A program made the position numbers and the translations under genes. This document shows, one piece after another, positions 48,336 to 57,808 of a stretch of DNA of 64,000 nucleotides (positions are counted from its first letter, which is position 1; every line of letters begins with the position of its first letter). The notes under the pieces were generated by a model. The model was not told the DNA's origin. It saw only the letters and a list, made by a program, of their open reading frames with translations, and searched no databases. Origin of the DNA: an uncultured bacterium (GTDB lineage Bacteria > Zixibacteria > MSB-5A5 > UBA10806); the NCBI GenBank assembly GCA_965541585.1, contig CBEUCH010000001.1, positions 384,001-448,000 on the forward strand, in the 5' to 3' direction.

Positions 48336-48348
48336 TTAAGGGACTAGA

Positions 48349-48804
48349 ATGAAAGTAATATTAAAAGATGATCTTGAGAATCTGGGCTCCGCCGGCGACG
48401 TGGTGGAGGTCGCCGATGGTTTTGGAAGAAATCACCTGCTATCCAAAAACCTAGCGGTGCGGGCCACCAAGGGCAATCTGAGATCAATCGATGAAATCAA
48501 AAAACAAAAGCGGCTGCGGGACAATAAAAGAAAACGGGACGCCGAGAAGATCAAGGATAAGCTTGAAAAGCTATCATTGACAGCAGAGGTTAAAACCGGC
48601 GAGGACGACAAGGTATTCGGATCCGTTACGGCTGCGACCATCGCCTCCCTCCTCACCGATCAGGGATTCGAAATAGACCGCCGAAGGATTATTCTGGCGG
48701 AACCACTGAAGGCCCTGGGCGTGTATACCATAGATGTGAAGCTTGCCAGCGACGTGGTAGCCGGAGTAAAGCTCTGGGTGGTTAAGAAAGAGGAACAGAT
48801 TTAA
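48349..48804 (+). CDS. rplI: 50S ribosomal protein L9
   Basis: MKVIL..D..NLG..GDVVEV.DG.GRN.L and K.FGSVT motifs. Confidence 0.97.
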   Translation: MKVILKDDLENLGSAGDVVEVADGFGRNHLLSKNLAVRATKGNLRSIDEIKKQKRLRDNKRKRDAEKIKDKLEKLSLTAEVKTGEDDKVFGSVTAATIASLLTDQGFEIDRRRIILAEPLKALGVYTIDVKLASDVVAGVKLWVVKKEEQI

Positions 48805-48816
48805 CTGCAGGGATGA

Positions 48817-49008
48817 TTTGAGACACATCGGCGGGAAAGTGCGGAAAGGCGCCGTGGATCCGGGGCGGCTCTTAAGTCAGCAGGCCATATTTTCAGGGTC
48901 CTGAAAGAGAGGTTTAGCATGGATAATACTATCACCGTTGAGATCGGCCCCGATCTCAGAGTTCACGCGGGCCCGGGAACCTGCGATGTATTCTTCATGA
49001 AAGGATAA
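48817..49008 (+). pseudogene. Remnant of a DegV-family gene (C-terminal fragment)
   Basis: Manual translation gives ..LKERFSMDNTITVEIGPDLRVHAGPGTCDVFFMKG*, resembling the DegV C-terminal EIGPxxxxHxGPG motif; upstream in-frame stop at 48814. Confidence 0.6.
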
Positions 49009-49508
49009 TGATGGGATCTCCAAAAATGATCAAATCCAAAATAGGAGGCCTGGCGCTCGATGTCACTACTAATTCGCCCGTGGTGACAGTCAAACCGATT
49101 GACTCAGAGAAGATTCTGCCGATCTGGATAGGTCATTATGAAGCCTGGGCCATAGGAATGGAGATTTCGGGTATAGCGCCCAAAAGGCCTCTCACGCATG
49201 ATTTGATTAATTCGCTCGTGACTGCCATGGGTGGGAAGATCGTGAGAGTGGAGATAACAGATCTCAAAGAGCAAACATTTTACGCCAGGATACACGTTTC
49301 GCTTAACGGCCAGACAGTGAAGGTCGATGCGAGGCCATCGGATTCCCTGGCGCTGGCTCTTAAAGCTAAGGCCCCGATCTATGTTAATGAGAAATTATAT
49401 AATCTAAAGAAGGAACAACTGGAGGATTCCGGCCTGCCCGACCAGGAATCACTGCGAGAGCGGCTGAGGAAGATGAATCCAGAGGATTTTGGCAACTACA
49501 AGTTATGA
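49008..49508 (+). CDS. Bifunctional nuclease family protein (DUF151)
   Basis: LPIWIG..EA, RPLTHDL and DARPSD..ALAL motifs. Confidence 0.92.
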   Translation: MMGSPKMIKSKIGGLALDVTTNSPVVTVKPIDSEKILPIWIGHYEAWAIGMEISGIAPKRPLTHDLINSLVTAMGGKIVRVEITDLKEQTFYARIHVSLNGQTVKVDARPSDSLALALKAKAPIYVNEKLYNLKKEQLEDSGLPDQESLRERLRKMNPEDFGNYKL

Positions 49509-50011
49509 TCCTGACTCACGACGGTATATCACCGTCGATTCACAGCTCCTGTTTTCTGGCCCAGGATTGCGTTATCATTGGCGATGTCACCATAGGCGCT
49601 GAAAGCTCGGTCTGGTTTAAGGCGGTTATCCGGGGCGACATCAATTATATCAGGATTGGGAAATGGACAAATATCCAGGATGGTTGTATTGTGCATGTGA
49701 CGGGGGAAACATCCCCGGCTGAAATCGGGGATTACGTGACTGTGGGCCATGGAGCTATTCTGCACGGGTGCAAGATCGGGGACAGCTGTCTGATCGGTAT
49801 GGGAGCGATAATAATGGACGATACCGCTGTTGGCGGAGGATCTTTGATCGCCTCGGGTTCCGTCGTGAAGTCCGGAATGGAAATTCCACCCGGTTCCATG
49901 GTGGCCGGGAATCCGGCTGTGATCAAAAGAAAAGTAGCGAAGGATGAAGCGCGATCTTTCATTTTATGGGCGAGAAAATACCGAGATTACACGAAGGAGT
50001 ATCTAAATTGA
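49505..50011 (+). CDS. Gamma carbonic anhydrase family protein
   Basis: Hexapeptide repeats; RGD, NIQD...H and VGH...LHG. Confidence 0.93.
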   Translation: MILTHDGISPSIHSSCFLAQDCVIIGDVTIGAESSVWFKAVIRGDINYIRIGKWTNIQDGCIVHVTGETSPAEIGDYVTVGHGAILHGCKIGDSCLIGMGAIIMDDTAVGGGSLIASGSVVKSGMEIPPGSMVAGNPAVIKRKVAKDEARSFILWARKYRDYTKEYLN

Positions 50012-51828
50012 AATGCGCTTGCGCAATATGCTCTTTGCTGTTTGTGATCCTTTCGCCAGTGGCGTTGCCCCAGGAGTATATCGATGATCCTTCGGAGGGA
50101 ATGAAGATTGCAACTATTGACTATCAAAAAGGAGATTACGAGAACGCATATAAGAAATATAATTCGCTGGCGAACCGTTATTCACTGGATGGTCACAATA
50201 GTGTTTTTCGTTTTATGGCCGCCAAGTCTCTCTATAAAGCAGGCGAATATAAAGCTGCGATCAAATTGTTTGATGGTTTCGTATCTGAATTCCCGCAATC
50301 CAGATATACCGGGGCTGCCTTTCTGTTCAAGGGACACTCGCTTTATGCGGAAAGCGACTTGTTGGGAGCTGCAGCGGCATATATCGCGGCTGTCGACGCC
50401 GATTCCGATAATACCAGCGCCGATATTTCCCGGAAAAACCTCCGACCACTCATAGATAGAGGCTTATCAATCTGGCAGCTTGAACAGCTGATCGAGGAAC
50501 ATCCGTTATCCTCCGTGGTGGAGGAAATGGAATTTACCATCGCTTTAAGAGAGTTTGAATCGGGTCGGTACAGGAGCGGACTCAAGACGCTGCAATCTTA
50601 TCACCGGAGATTCCCCGGTGGCAAGCACTCCCGGCAAGCGCGCAGTCTCCTCCAGCGATACATGGAGAGGACGACCGGCAGCCAGGTGATAGGACTCATG
50701 GCGCCTCTTACCGGAAGCTACGCAGAATACGGTCGGTCGATGGTGGAGGGAGCCAGACTCGCCATAAAATATCTTGCTGATGATTCGACAACGCTGGAAT
50801 TGATTGTGAAGGATACGCAAGGAGACCCGGTAAATGCTGCTAAGGCGGCCGTCAGGCTTGCAAGAGAAGAGCCGCTGGCCGTTATAGGTCCCCTCAGGTC
50901 CGAATCGTCAGTTGGCGCCGCTGTGGTTTTAAACGAAGAAAACATACCCATGATCACGCCGACAGCTTCCGAGAACGGTATTGCGAGCCTGGGAGCATAC
51001 ATTTTCCAGATATCCCCGGCCATAGATCGGCTCGGGCAGGCTATGGCGACTTATGCGGTCAACGAGCTCGGGATCACGGAATTTGCGGTAATCTCTCCCG
51101 ATGATGCGGGCGGGATAGCAGTATCGAAAGCATTTATTCAGACCGTTTATCGTCTGGGAGGGGAAGTCGTATCAACAAGTTATTATAGACAGGGCGAGAC
51201 CGATTTCAAACAGCAGATCAGGCCGTTGCGCGAGTTTCTTCTCATGAAAACCGAAGAGCAGTTGGCAGCCGGCGAGATAGACAGCACAGCTTATATAGAC
51301 CTTGACGAGATTGATCCGGAGTTTCCTGATTCCGTCGTTCTGATCGACCGCGAAGAATGGCCGGTCGGGTTGGGCGGACTTTTCCTTCCGGGCTATCCGG
51401 ATGAGTTGAAACTTCTTATCCCCCAGGTGCGGTATCATATAATACGCCCACAGTTTTTGGGTGCCGACGGCTGGGATTCGGAGGAGCTGATCAGAGAGGT
51501 CAAGCGGTATGTTGGCAACGCTGTATTCGCCACTGACTTTCATGCCGGTTCAGATGAAGTTAACTGGGTTGAGTTTGCCAATGCGTATACAGCGGAATTC
51601 AATCATCCGCCCGATAAAGTGGCTGCGCTTACATTCGACGCCGTGGCCTTGATTCTCACGGGCCTTCGTCATGTTGACCCGAGCCCCGAGGAGTTGCGGA
51701 AGTATCTGAACAATATCGAGAAGTATCAGGGAGTTTCGTGCATGATCACGTTTAAGGGGACGGGTAGAGCGAACAACGAGATACGTATTTATTCAATCAA
51801 TGAGGGGAAAGTTGCGTCCGGCAGGTGA
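50008..51828 (+). CDS. Exported TPR plus type-1 periplasmic-binding-fold protein (LpoA-like)
   Basis: Signal peptide from TTG 50008; TPR-like helices (F..EFP.S); IG..APLTG.YA.YG, GPL.S and LGADGW motifs. Confidence 0.78.
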   Translation: MKCACAICSLLFVILSPVALPQEYIDDPSEGMKIATIDYQKGDYENAYKKYNSLANRYSLDGHNSVFRFMAAKSLYKAGEYKAAIKLFDGFVSEFPQSRYTGAAFLFKGHSLYAESDLLGAAAAYIAAVDADSDNTSADISRKNLRPLIDRGLSIWQLEQLIEEHPLSSVVEEMEFTIALREFESGRYRSGLKTLQSYHRRFPGGKHSRQARSLLQRYMERTTGSQVIGLMAPLTGSYAEYGRSMVEGARLAIKYLADDSTTLELIVKDTQGDPVNAAKAAVRLAREEPLAVIGPLRSESSVGAAVVLNEENIPMITPTASENGIASLGAYIFQISPAIDRLGQAMATYAVNELGITEFAVISPDDAGGIAVSKAFIQTVYRLGGEVVSTSYYRQGETDFKQQIRPLREFLLMKTEEQLAAGEIDSTAYIDLDEIDPEFPDSVVLIDREEWPVGLGGLFLPGYPDELKLLIPQVRYHIIRPQFLGADGWDSEELIREVKRYVGNAVFATDFHAGSDEVNWVEFANAYTAEFNHPPDKVAALTFDAVALILTGLRHVDPSPEELRKYLNNIEKYQGVSCMITFKGTGRANNEIRIYSINEGKVASGR

Positions 51829-51832
51829 GTCA

Positions 51833-52672
51833 ATGCAAGCAGCCACTATAAGCAAACTCGAGAGATTGCAGACGAGGCTGGGAGATTTGAATAAGGTGGT
51901 CATCGGTTTTTCAGGGGGAATCGATTCAACATTGCTGCTGAAGGTTGCAGTAGAGACCCTTGGCCGCGACAATGTCTGGGCGGTCACGGGCGATTCGGAA
52001 TCGTTCTTGCCGGAAGAGTTGGACTCCTGCCGAAAACTAATAAACGATATAGGCCTGCGCCCTGAAAATTTCATGGAGATTAAAACCAATGAGCTATCCG
52101 ACCCTGATTACAGGAAGAATCCGATAGATAGGTGTTTTTTCTGCAAATCAGAACTGTTCGGCCGTCTTAACGAGATTGCAGGCAATGTCGGCACCTCATA
52201 TGTGCTTGATGGCTCCAACGCTGATGATTTGAATGACTGGCGACCGGGACGTAGAGCAGCATCGGAGTTGGGAGTAATCTCCCCGCTGGCCGATGCGGGG
52301 ATTGACAAGCAGGATATCCGCGAAATGGCAAAAGATCTGGGTCTGCCCAACTGGGACAAACCGGCGCTTGCCTGCCTCTCATCGAGGATACCTTATGGCT
52401 CGGAGGTGACAGTGGAGAAACTTGATCAGGTGGCGGAGGCTGAACGATTCCTTCGTTCGCTTGGATTCGGGCAGTTGAGAGTACGCCACCACGATAAAAT
52501 GGCCCGAATTGAACTCCTGCCCGACGAGATACCGCGAATATTTGAGAATAATCTTGTGAGCCTCGTAGTCGGAAAGCTAAAATCGATCGGCTTTAAATAC
52601 GTTACTATAGATCTTCAGGGTTATCGCAGTGGAAGTATGAACGAAGATATAGAAATGGATAATAAAAGATGA
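51833..52672 (+). CDS. larE: LarE-family ATP-dependent sulfur transferase
   Basis: PP-loop FSGGIDS, RCFFCK, DG.NADD..D.RPG, ACLSSRIPYG, RVRHH and GYRSGSMN motifs; ATG at 51833 preferred. Confidence 0.92.
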   Translation: MQAATISKLERLQTRLGDLNKVVIGFSGGIDSTLLLKVAVETLGRDNVWAVTGDSESFLPEELDSCRKLINDIGLRPENFMEIKTNELSDPDYRKNPIDRCFFCKSELFGRLNEIAGNVGTSYVLDGSNADDLNDWRPGRRAASELGVISPLADAGIDKQDIREMAKDLGLPNWDKPALACLSSRIPYGSEVTVEKLDQVAEAERFLRSLGFGQLRVRHHDKMARIELLPDEIPRIFENNLVSLVVGKLKSIGFKYVTIDLQGYRSGSMNEDIEMDNKR

Positions 52673-52884
52673 ATGAAGATCCGTCGAAAAGAATAGCCTT
52701 AAAAGTAGTGGTCGGCGATCAGACTCGCGAAGTGACATTCGATGAGCTGACCCTTTCCAATAATCTCGGCCTGGAGGCCCTGGTGAAGGTACTGGTAGAC
52801 AAGGGCGTTTTCAAGCCCGAGGAGCTGCAACAGGAGATGGAGCGAATCCGGAAAGAACGTTACCGCGACCCGTCCAGCGTATAG
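52669..52884 (+). CDS. Small hypothetical protein
   Basis: 71-aa ORF with ATGA overlap on larE and genome-like codon use. Confidence 0.72.
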   Translation: MNEDPSKRIALKVVVGDQTREVTFDELTLSNNLGLEALVKVLVDKGVFKPEELQQEMERIRKERYRDPSSV

Positions 52885-52887
52885 TTT

Positions 52888-53361
52888 GTGAAATCGTTTT
52901 CATGGAAATCTCACCCGGCTAAAGAGAGGCGGGTGGCGACTGTTTTTGTATTGCTATTCATGCACGGCATATTCTATTTCGTTTTCAGCGTTACCGGCAG
53001 TGTGATAATGGTGTTGATCGCAGGATTGATTTTCTTGATAACTCTGTCAACCTATTTTCTTCCCACCACATACACAGTTGATGAAAAGACGGTCTCTATC
53101 AAGTTTCAATTCAGTGCCAAGAAACGCAATCTGTCGGCCTTCAGGATGATGTATCCCGGCCGGCGCGGTGTGTTGTTATCGCCATTTCTGGGACCGTCGC
53201 GGCTGGAGAATTTCCGCGGATTTTATCTGAGATACGGCAAGGACAATAAAACTGAAGTCGATGAATTCCTCGCCGGACTCCTGGATGACCAAAGACAGGC
53301 CCAGGCTCTAGAATCCTCTGGATCCGAGGGAACTGAAACGGAGAAGACCGATGGCGTCTAA
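52888..53361 (+). CDS. Hypothetical membrane protein
   Basis: Two TM helices followed by a soluble region (LSPF..PSRLE.FRG); tight operon spacing. Confidence 0.75.
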   Translation: MKSFSWKSHPAKERRVATVFVLLFMHGIFYFVFSVTGSVIMVLIAGLIFLITLSTYFLPTTYTVDEKTVSIKFQFSAKKRNLSAFRMMYPGRRGVLLSPFLGPSRLENFRGFYLRYGKDNKTEVDEFLAGLLDDQRQAQALESSGSEGTETEKTDGV

Positions 53362-53818
53362 ATCAGCGTTCGGGCCACAGGAATTGCCGCCGGAAGAAGA
53401 GGAACTCGCTCCCGAGGAGCGGGAGATGCTTCTGAAGATCGGCCAGAAAGTTGTCGATATGCGTTTGACCGTTCCGGCCATACTCTTTTTAGAATCTGTC
53501 AAGCCGCTCAATTATATAGGCTCCCAGGTGATGGTATTTTTCGAGCCGTTTGTGGGAGCGATCTTCAGTTTCAGGACTGTACATATGTCCGGAATTGAGC
53601 TTAACGAATACGATCTTTTCCGGCGGATGATGGAGAAGCGTGATAATGTCGAGAGATTGCTGCAGAAAATAGAGGAGCTCGATGCCGTCCAGTACCAGAA
53701 GGAACGGGAAATAAAGAAGAAATATAAAGCGGAAAAAAGAGCCAAAAGAAAGCGTTTCTGGCGCAAGCTCCTGGGCCGGGAATTGCCCGAGGATACCGGG
53801 AGTATTGACAGAAAATAG
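53351..53818 (+). CDS. Hypothetical protein
   Basis: 155-aa ORF (PAILFLESVKPL...GSQ) overlapping the previous stop; basic C-terminus. Confidence 0.75.
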   Translation: MASKSAFGPQELPPEEEELAPEEREMLLKIGQKVVDMRLTVPAILFLESVKPLNYIGSQVMVFFEPFVGAIFSFRTVHMSGIELNEYDLFRRMMEKRDNVERLLQKIEELDAVQYQKEREIKKKYKAEKRAKRKRFWRKLLGRELPEDTGSIDRK

Positions 53819-53906
53819 ATTCTGCTCATTTTGATCGTCTAAAAGAATTATCCCGTAGGGGTCGGGAGCCTTTTACGAGCCTTCGGCGTGCGCACCCAAC
53901 AAGCGA

Positions 53907-54015
53907 TGTCATTCCCGCGAAAGTCCTACGGATCTGTAAGACGGGAATCCAGCGGGGAGCAGACATTTCTGGATTCCCAATCAAGTCCTACGGATCTGTA
54001 GGATTGGGAATGACA
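53907..54015. repeat. REPIN-like element (TGTCATTCCC..GGGAATCCAG / CTGGATTCCC..GGGAATGACA) carrying two 18-bp insertions
   Basis: Two inverted hairpins with terminal TGTCATTCCC/GGGAATGACA arms; inserts at 53924-53941 and 53986-54003. Confidence 0.85.
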
Positions 54016-54243
54016 CCCGGTTACCGCGAAAAAATATATTGACACCGATGGCGATATTCGCTTTTGTATATCAATGTCACCCCAGCCTCTGGCGGGGCGG
54101 CGGTTTCCCTCCCCCGGGATGATGAGACAAGGATGCTATGTGTGCGTTTGGAATGCTATTTCTTGGAGGCTATAGGCGCTAAGGAGTGATTTCCTTATTT
54201 CCTGATGCGGAGGAGTTGAAGGCCTTTAAAATTGGAGGATGAA

Positions 54244-55272
54244 TTGAGAGTTTTTAACATAGGATTAATTATAACCACTGTGATTATTCTTTCCTGCGCA
54301 ACCTCGCGAATATCCAATCTAACTCCTATGGCGCTAAGAGATGAACCGTTAATTGAATCATATAAAGATCCCGATTTTAGTTTCGAAAACTTTAGGACCT
54401 TTAGTGTATTTCCTAAATCATTCATAGATAGTAGTGCTCAGATACAAAATCCCATTTTGGAAAAGCAAATGCTATTTTTGCTAAGGAACTTTTTTGAAAT
54501 GAATGGGTACACATTTGTTGATATCAGCGAAAACCCGGATTTTCTGGTTACCATTGATGGTTCCTCTAATTATAAGGAATCTTATGTGCCCCCACAAACT
54601 TATATGCTCCCTAGATGGGTACCAGGGAAAACCAGTACAACATATGAAACAAATAGAGGGTCATTTAATTTTAGCAATTACGGCGATTATTCTTCATATG
54701 GATGGGGTAACTGGACTGGGAATTCTAGTTCTACTACCTATACACCTGGCCACATGTCTTTCGATTCCTATTCGATTGGCGGATATTATCGTGGATCCTA
54801 CTATCCTGTTCTATCTGTGCAGGCCTTCGAAGGAAGAGAATTCAAACAGATGTGGTATAGTATTGGAGTTGGGACGTCTCCAATTTCGGATTTACGAATA
54901 TCCTGCCAATTTGTGCTGGCCAACATGATTTTTGATGATTTTCCGCCTTATTCAAAGCTGCCAGACTTGAAGAACGAAAGCACAGGTGCAATTGGGATTG
55001 ATGTTGCTGTCTTAACGAATACAGGCAATAATTATTATCCATTTATTTCGGCTATACTACCATATTCACCGGCATCAAAGGCAGGACTCAAAAAATGGGA
55101 TATTATCCTGGAAATGAATGGAGTTTCTACCCTAAATAAGCCTTTTATAGAGACATATGAAATGTTAATGGGTGACGAAAGCACTATTATACGTCTGCGA
55201 ATAAAAAGATTGGATAAAGAAAAGGAAGTAGAGGTTAGAAGAAAGCCACGTAACGAAGTATATAGGGAATAG
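54244..55272 (+). CDS. Lipoprotein with DUF4136-like region and C-terminal PDZ domain
   Basis: GGAGG RBS before TTG 54244; lipobox ILSC; DP.F.F..F.TF; PDZ signature GAIGI..SPA.KAGL..D.I...NG. Confidence 0.75.
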   Translation: MRVFNIGLIITTVIILSCATSRISNLTPMALRDEPLIESYKDPDFSFENFRTFSVFPKSFIDSSAQIQNPILEKQMLFLLRNFFEMNGYTFVDISENPDFLVTIDGSSNYKESYVPPQTYMLPRWVPGKTSTTYETNRGSFNFSNYGDYSSYGWGNWTGNSSSTTYTPGHMSFDSYSIGGYYRGSYYPVLSVQAFEGREFKQMWYSIGVGTSPISDLRISCQFVLANMIFDDFPPYSKLPDLKNESTGAIGIDVAVLTNTGNNYYPFISAILPYSPASKAGLKKWDIILEMNGVSTLNKPFIETYEMLMGDESTIIRLRIKRLDKEKEVEVRRKPRNEVYRE

Positions 55273-55328
55273 GAAGGAATGCCCTCCGGGGCGGAGCGGA
55301 ACGTGAATTAAACTGAGGAGCGTAGGAA

Positions 55329-55829
55329 ATGGACGAATATAGAGAAACACGGTTGGATGATAATGATGAAAGAAACAAGATTTGGTATGAGATTTACAAT
55401 GAATCTACTTCATTGCTTGTAGAGATAGATAAAGTCCACCTAAAGCTAGGCGAATTAAGTTTGCCAAAGATGTCTCCGTTTCGGCTACGCAAAGGGTTTA
55501 ATTCCATAAAAATAGAAGGGGAGAGTATCTATCCTAAATTAAATAACTGGTTGAATAGAGCGAGGGATTTTACGGAAAATCCTCATATGGTCATTATGGC
55601 AAGAATCGATGACGAGATTGATAGAGCGGTATCATATTTGCATTATGTTTCTATCATACAGAATCGCATAAATACGTTAGAAATAAAAACGAATAACTTC
55701 CAAAGAGATCTTTACCAAGTGTGGTTACTCGTAAAACACCGAGAATCCTCTTTTTTTGCGCTTATCTTTTTTTCCGTTGGTATTATTATAGCGGTAGTTA
55801 GCACGGTTATCGGAATTATTCGCAGTTAA
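55329..55829 (+). CDS. Hypothetical protein with C-terminal TM helix
   Basis: 166-aa AT-rich ORF with RBS and hydrophobic C-terminus. Confidence 0.65.
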   Translation: MDEYRETRLDDNDERNKIWYEIYNESTSLLVEIDKVHLKLGELSLPKMSPFRLRKGFNSIKIEGESIYPKLNNWLNRARDFTENPHMVIMARIDDEIDRAVSYLHYVSIIQNRINTLEIKTNNFQRDLYQVWLLVKHRESSFFALIFFSVGIIIAVVSTVIGIIRS

Positions 55830-56149
55830 TCTTCTGCAATCCTTTGGTCTATACGAGAATTCCCTACTCACCAAAACATGGTCTCACCTCACCACCCCGA
55901 CCCGCTCCGCTACCACCGTCAGGCGGCTTATGTCGCGTTGCACCGTGCCGGTAATATCGAGGATCGATTTGCGGAAGATCCGTTCGCTGAACCGCCAGAA
56001 AGCCGCCCTCCTGGCCCAAAATCCGCAAATCCCCCCTTGATTTGCCTTTCCCGTCTGATTATTATCGAGTTCGTGGAAAATGGGTGATGTCGGGTTATAT
56101 GGCCGGACATGAATAAATGAATGAGGTGAAATAATACGGCGGAGGAACA

Positions 56150-57634
56150 ATGGCTGAGACTTACAAAAACTACATAAACGGTGAGTGGGTGGAATCGAAG
56201 ACGGGAGAGACGTTTGAGAATCGCAATCCCGCCGATACGAGCGATCTTGTGGGCGTATTCCAGAAATCCGGCGCCGAGGATGTCAATGATGCCATCACCG
56301 CCGCTTCGGAGGCATATAAGAAATGGCGTCTGGTGCCGGCTCCCAAGAGAGCGGAGATCATATACATTATCGGTCAGAAGCTTATTGAGAAGAAGGAAGA
56401 GATCTCTCAACAGATGACCCGTGAGATGGGCAAGGTCATCAAGGAGACCCGCGGCGATACGCAGGAGGCGATCGACATGAGTTTCCTTTACGCCGGTGAG
56501 GGACGCAGGATGTTCGGGCATACGACACCGTCGGAGATGCCCGATAAGTTCCAGATGTCGATGCGAATTCCTCTCGGCGTGGCGGCCATGATAACCCCCT
56601 GGAATTTTCCCATAGCAATACCGGCCTGGAAGATGATCCCGGCTTTAGTGTGTGGCAATACGTGCGTAATCAAGCCGGCCACCGACACCCCCGTTTCGGT
56701 TGTCAATTTCATGAAGGTCATGGAGGAATGCGGGATTCCGCCCGGTGTAGTGAATATGGTTACCGGTTCAGGTACGAGTGTGGGTGAACCGTTAATGACC
56801 GATAAACGGGTTAAAGTGGTGTCCTTCACAGGCTCGACCGAGACGGGACGCCGGGTCTCCGAAGCCTGCGCTTCCGATTTCAGGCACTGCCATCTCGAGA
56901 TGGGCGGCAAAAACCCCATTATTATTATGGACGATGCCGATGTCGATCTGGCGGTTGACGGCGCCGTCTGGGGCGGTTTCGGCACCACCGGACAACGCTG
57001 CACGGCAGCCTCGAGGGTGATCGTGCATAAGAGAGTATATAAACAATTTCTGGATGGATTCGTCAAGCGGGCCAAAGCGCTGAAGGTAGGAAACGGTCTC
57101 GATGAATCGATTGAGATGGGGCCGGCGATTTCCGAGAGCCAGATGAACACCGTCCTGGAATATATGGAGATCGGTAAGAACGAGGATAAAGCCAAACTGA
57201 TGTGCGGCGGCGGCCGACTTACCGGCGGCGATTACGATCGCGGCTGGTTTACGCAGCCGACAATATTCGCCGATGTCGATCCCCTGATGAGAATCGCAAA
57301 AGAGGAGATTTTCGGATCGGTGGTTTCGGTTATTCCATGCGATAATCTGGATCACGGAATCGAAATAGCCAACGATACGATCTACGGGCTATCTGCGGCA
57401 GTATACACCAGTGATGTCAACAAGGCGTTCCGGGCCATCCGCGATGTTTACACCGGCTTATTCTATGTTAACGCCTCGACAATCGGCGCCGAGGTGCATC
57501 TGCCGTTCGGAGGCACCAAACATACAGGCAACGGCCATCGTGAAGCGGGCACGGCCGCGCTCGATGTCTTCTCCGAATGGCGTTCTATCTATATCGATTT
57601 CTCGGGCAAACTGCAGAAGGCCCAGATCGACTAA
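56150..57634 (+). CDS. NAD(P)-dependent aldehyde dehydrogenase
   Basis: [31 protein letters not shown] and PFGG motifs. Confidence 0.96.
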   Translation: MAETYKNYINGEWVESKTGETFENRNPADTSDLVGVFQKSGAEDVNDAITAASEAYKKWRLVPAPKRAEIIYIIGQKLIEKKEEISQQMTREMGKVIKETRGDTQEAIDMSFLYAGEGRRMFGHTTPSEMPDKFQMSMRIPLGVAAMITPWNFPIAIPAWKMIPALVCGNTCVIKPATDTPVSVVNFMKVMEECGIPPGVVNMVTGSGTSVGEPLMTDKRVKVVSFTGSTETGRRVSEACASDFRHCHLEMGGKNPIIIMDDADVDLAVDGAVWGGFGTTGQRCTAASRVIVHKRVYKQFLDGFVKRAKALKVGNGLDESIEMGPAISESQMNTVLEYMEIGKNEDKAKLMCGGGRLTGGDYDRGWFTQPTIFADVDPLMRIAKEEIFGSVVSVIPCDNLDHGIEIANDTIYGLSAAVYTSDVNKAFRAIRDVYTGLFYVNASTIGAEVHLPFGGTKHTGNGHREAGTAALDVFSEWRSIYIDFSGKLQKAQID

Positions 57635-57645
57635 TTCTAAGATTG

Positions 57646-57795
57646 ATCTTGATTTGCGTGTCACAACTTGTCCCTACGCCCATACGGGCGTCCGTATGGA
57701 CGGATCTGTAAGATTGTGACCGCATGCAAGATTGTTATATGTATAACATGTAGGGGCGTCTTACAGATCCGTAGGATATTGCAATACGCCCCTAC
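57646..57795. repeat. Cluster of REP-like palindromes with nested insertions between convergent genes
   Basis: GTCACAA..TTGTGAC hairpin, TGTTATA-TG-TATAACA, and GTAGGGGCG[18 bp]TATTGCAATACGCCCCTAC. Confidence 0.85.
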
Positions 57796-57808
57796 GAGAG
57801 GATCTTAT

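Noticed and set aside
53907..54015. Mini CRISPR array formed by the two AAGTCCTACGGATCTGTA copies
   Set aside because: There are only two short copies, each embedded in a REP-like hairpin, so insertion explains them better
55273..55328. Integron attC site between the AT-rich genes
   Set aside because: No RYYYAAC..GTTRRRY pair with the expected internal symmetry, and no integrase in the window
55884..56150. 88-aa minus-strand ORF upstream of the aldehyde dehydrogenase
   Set aside because: No recognisable family; it may be a decayed gene end but cannot be supported from sequence alone
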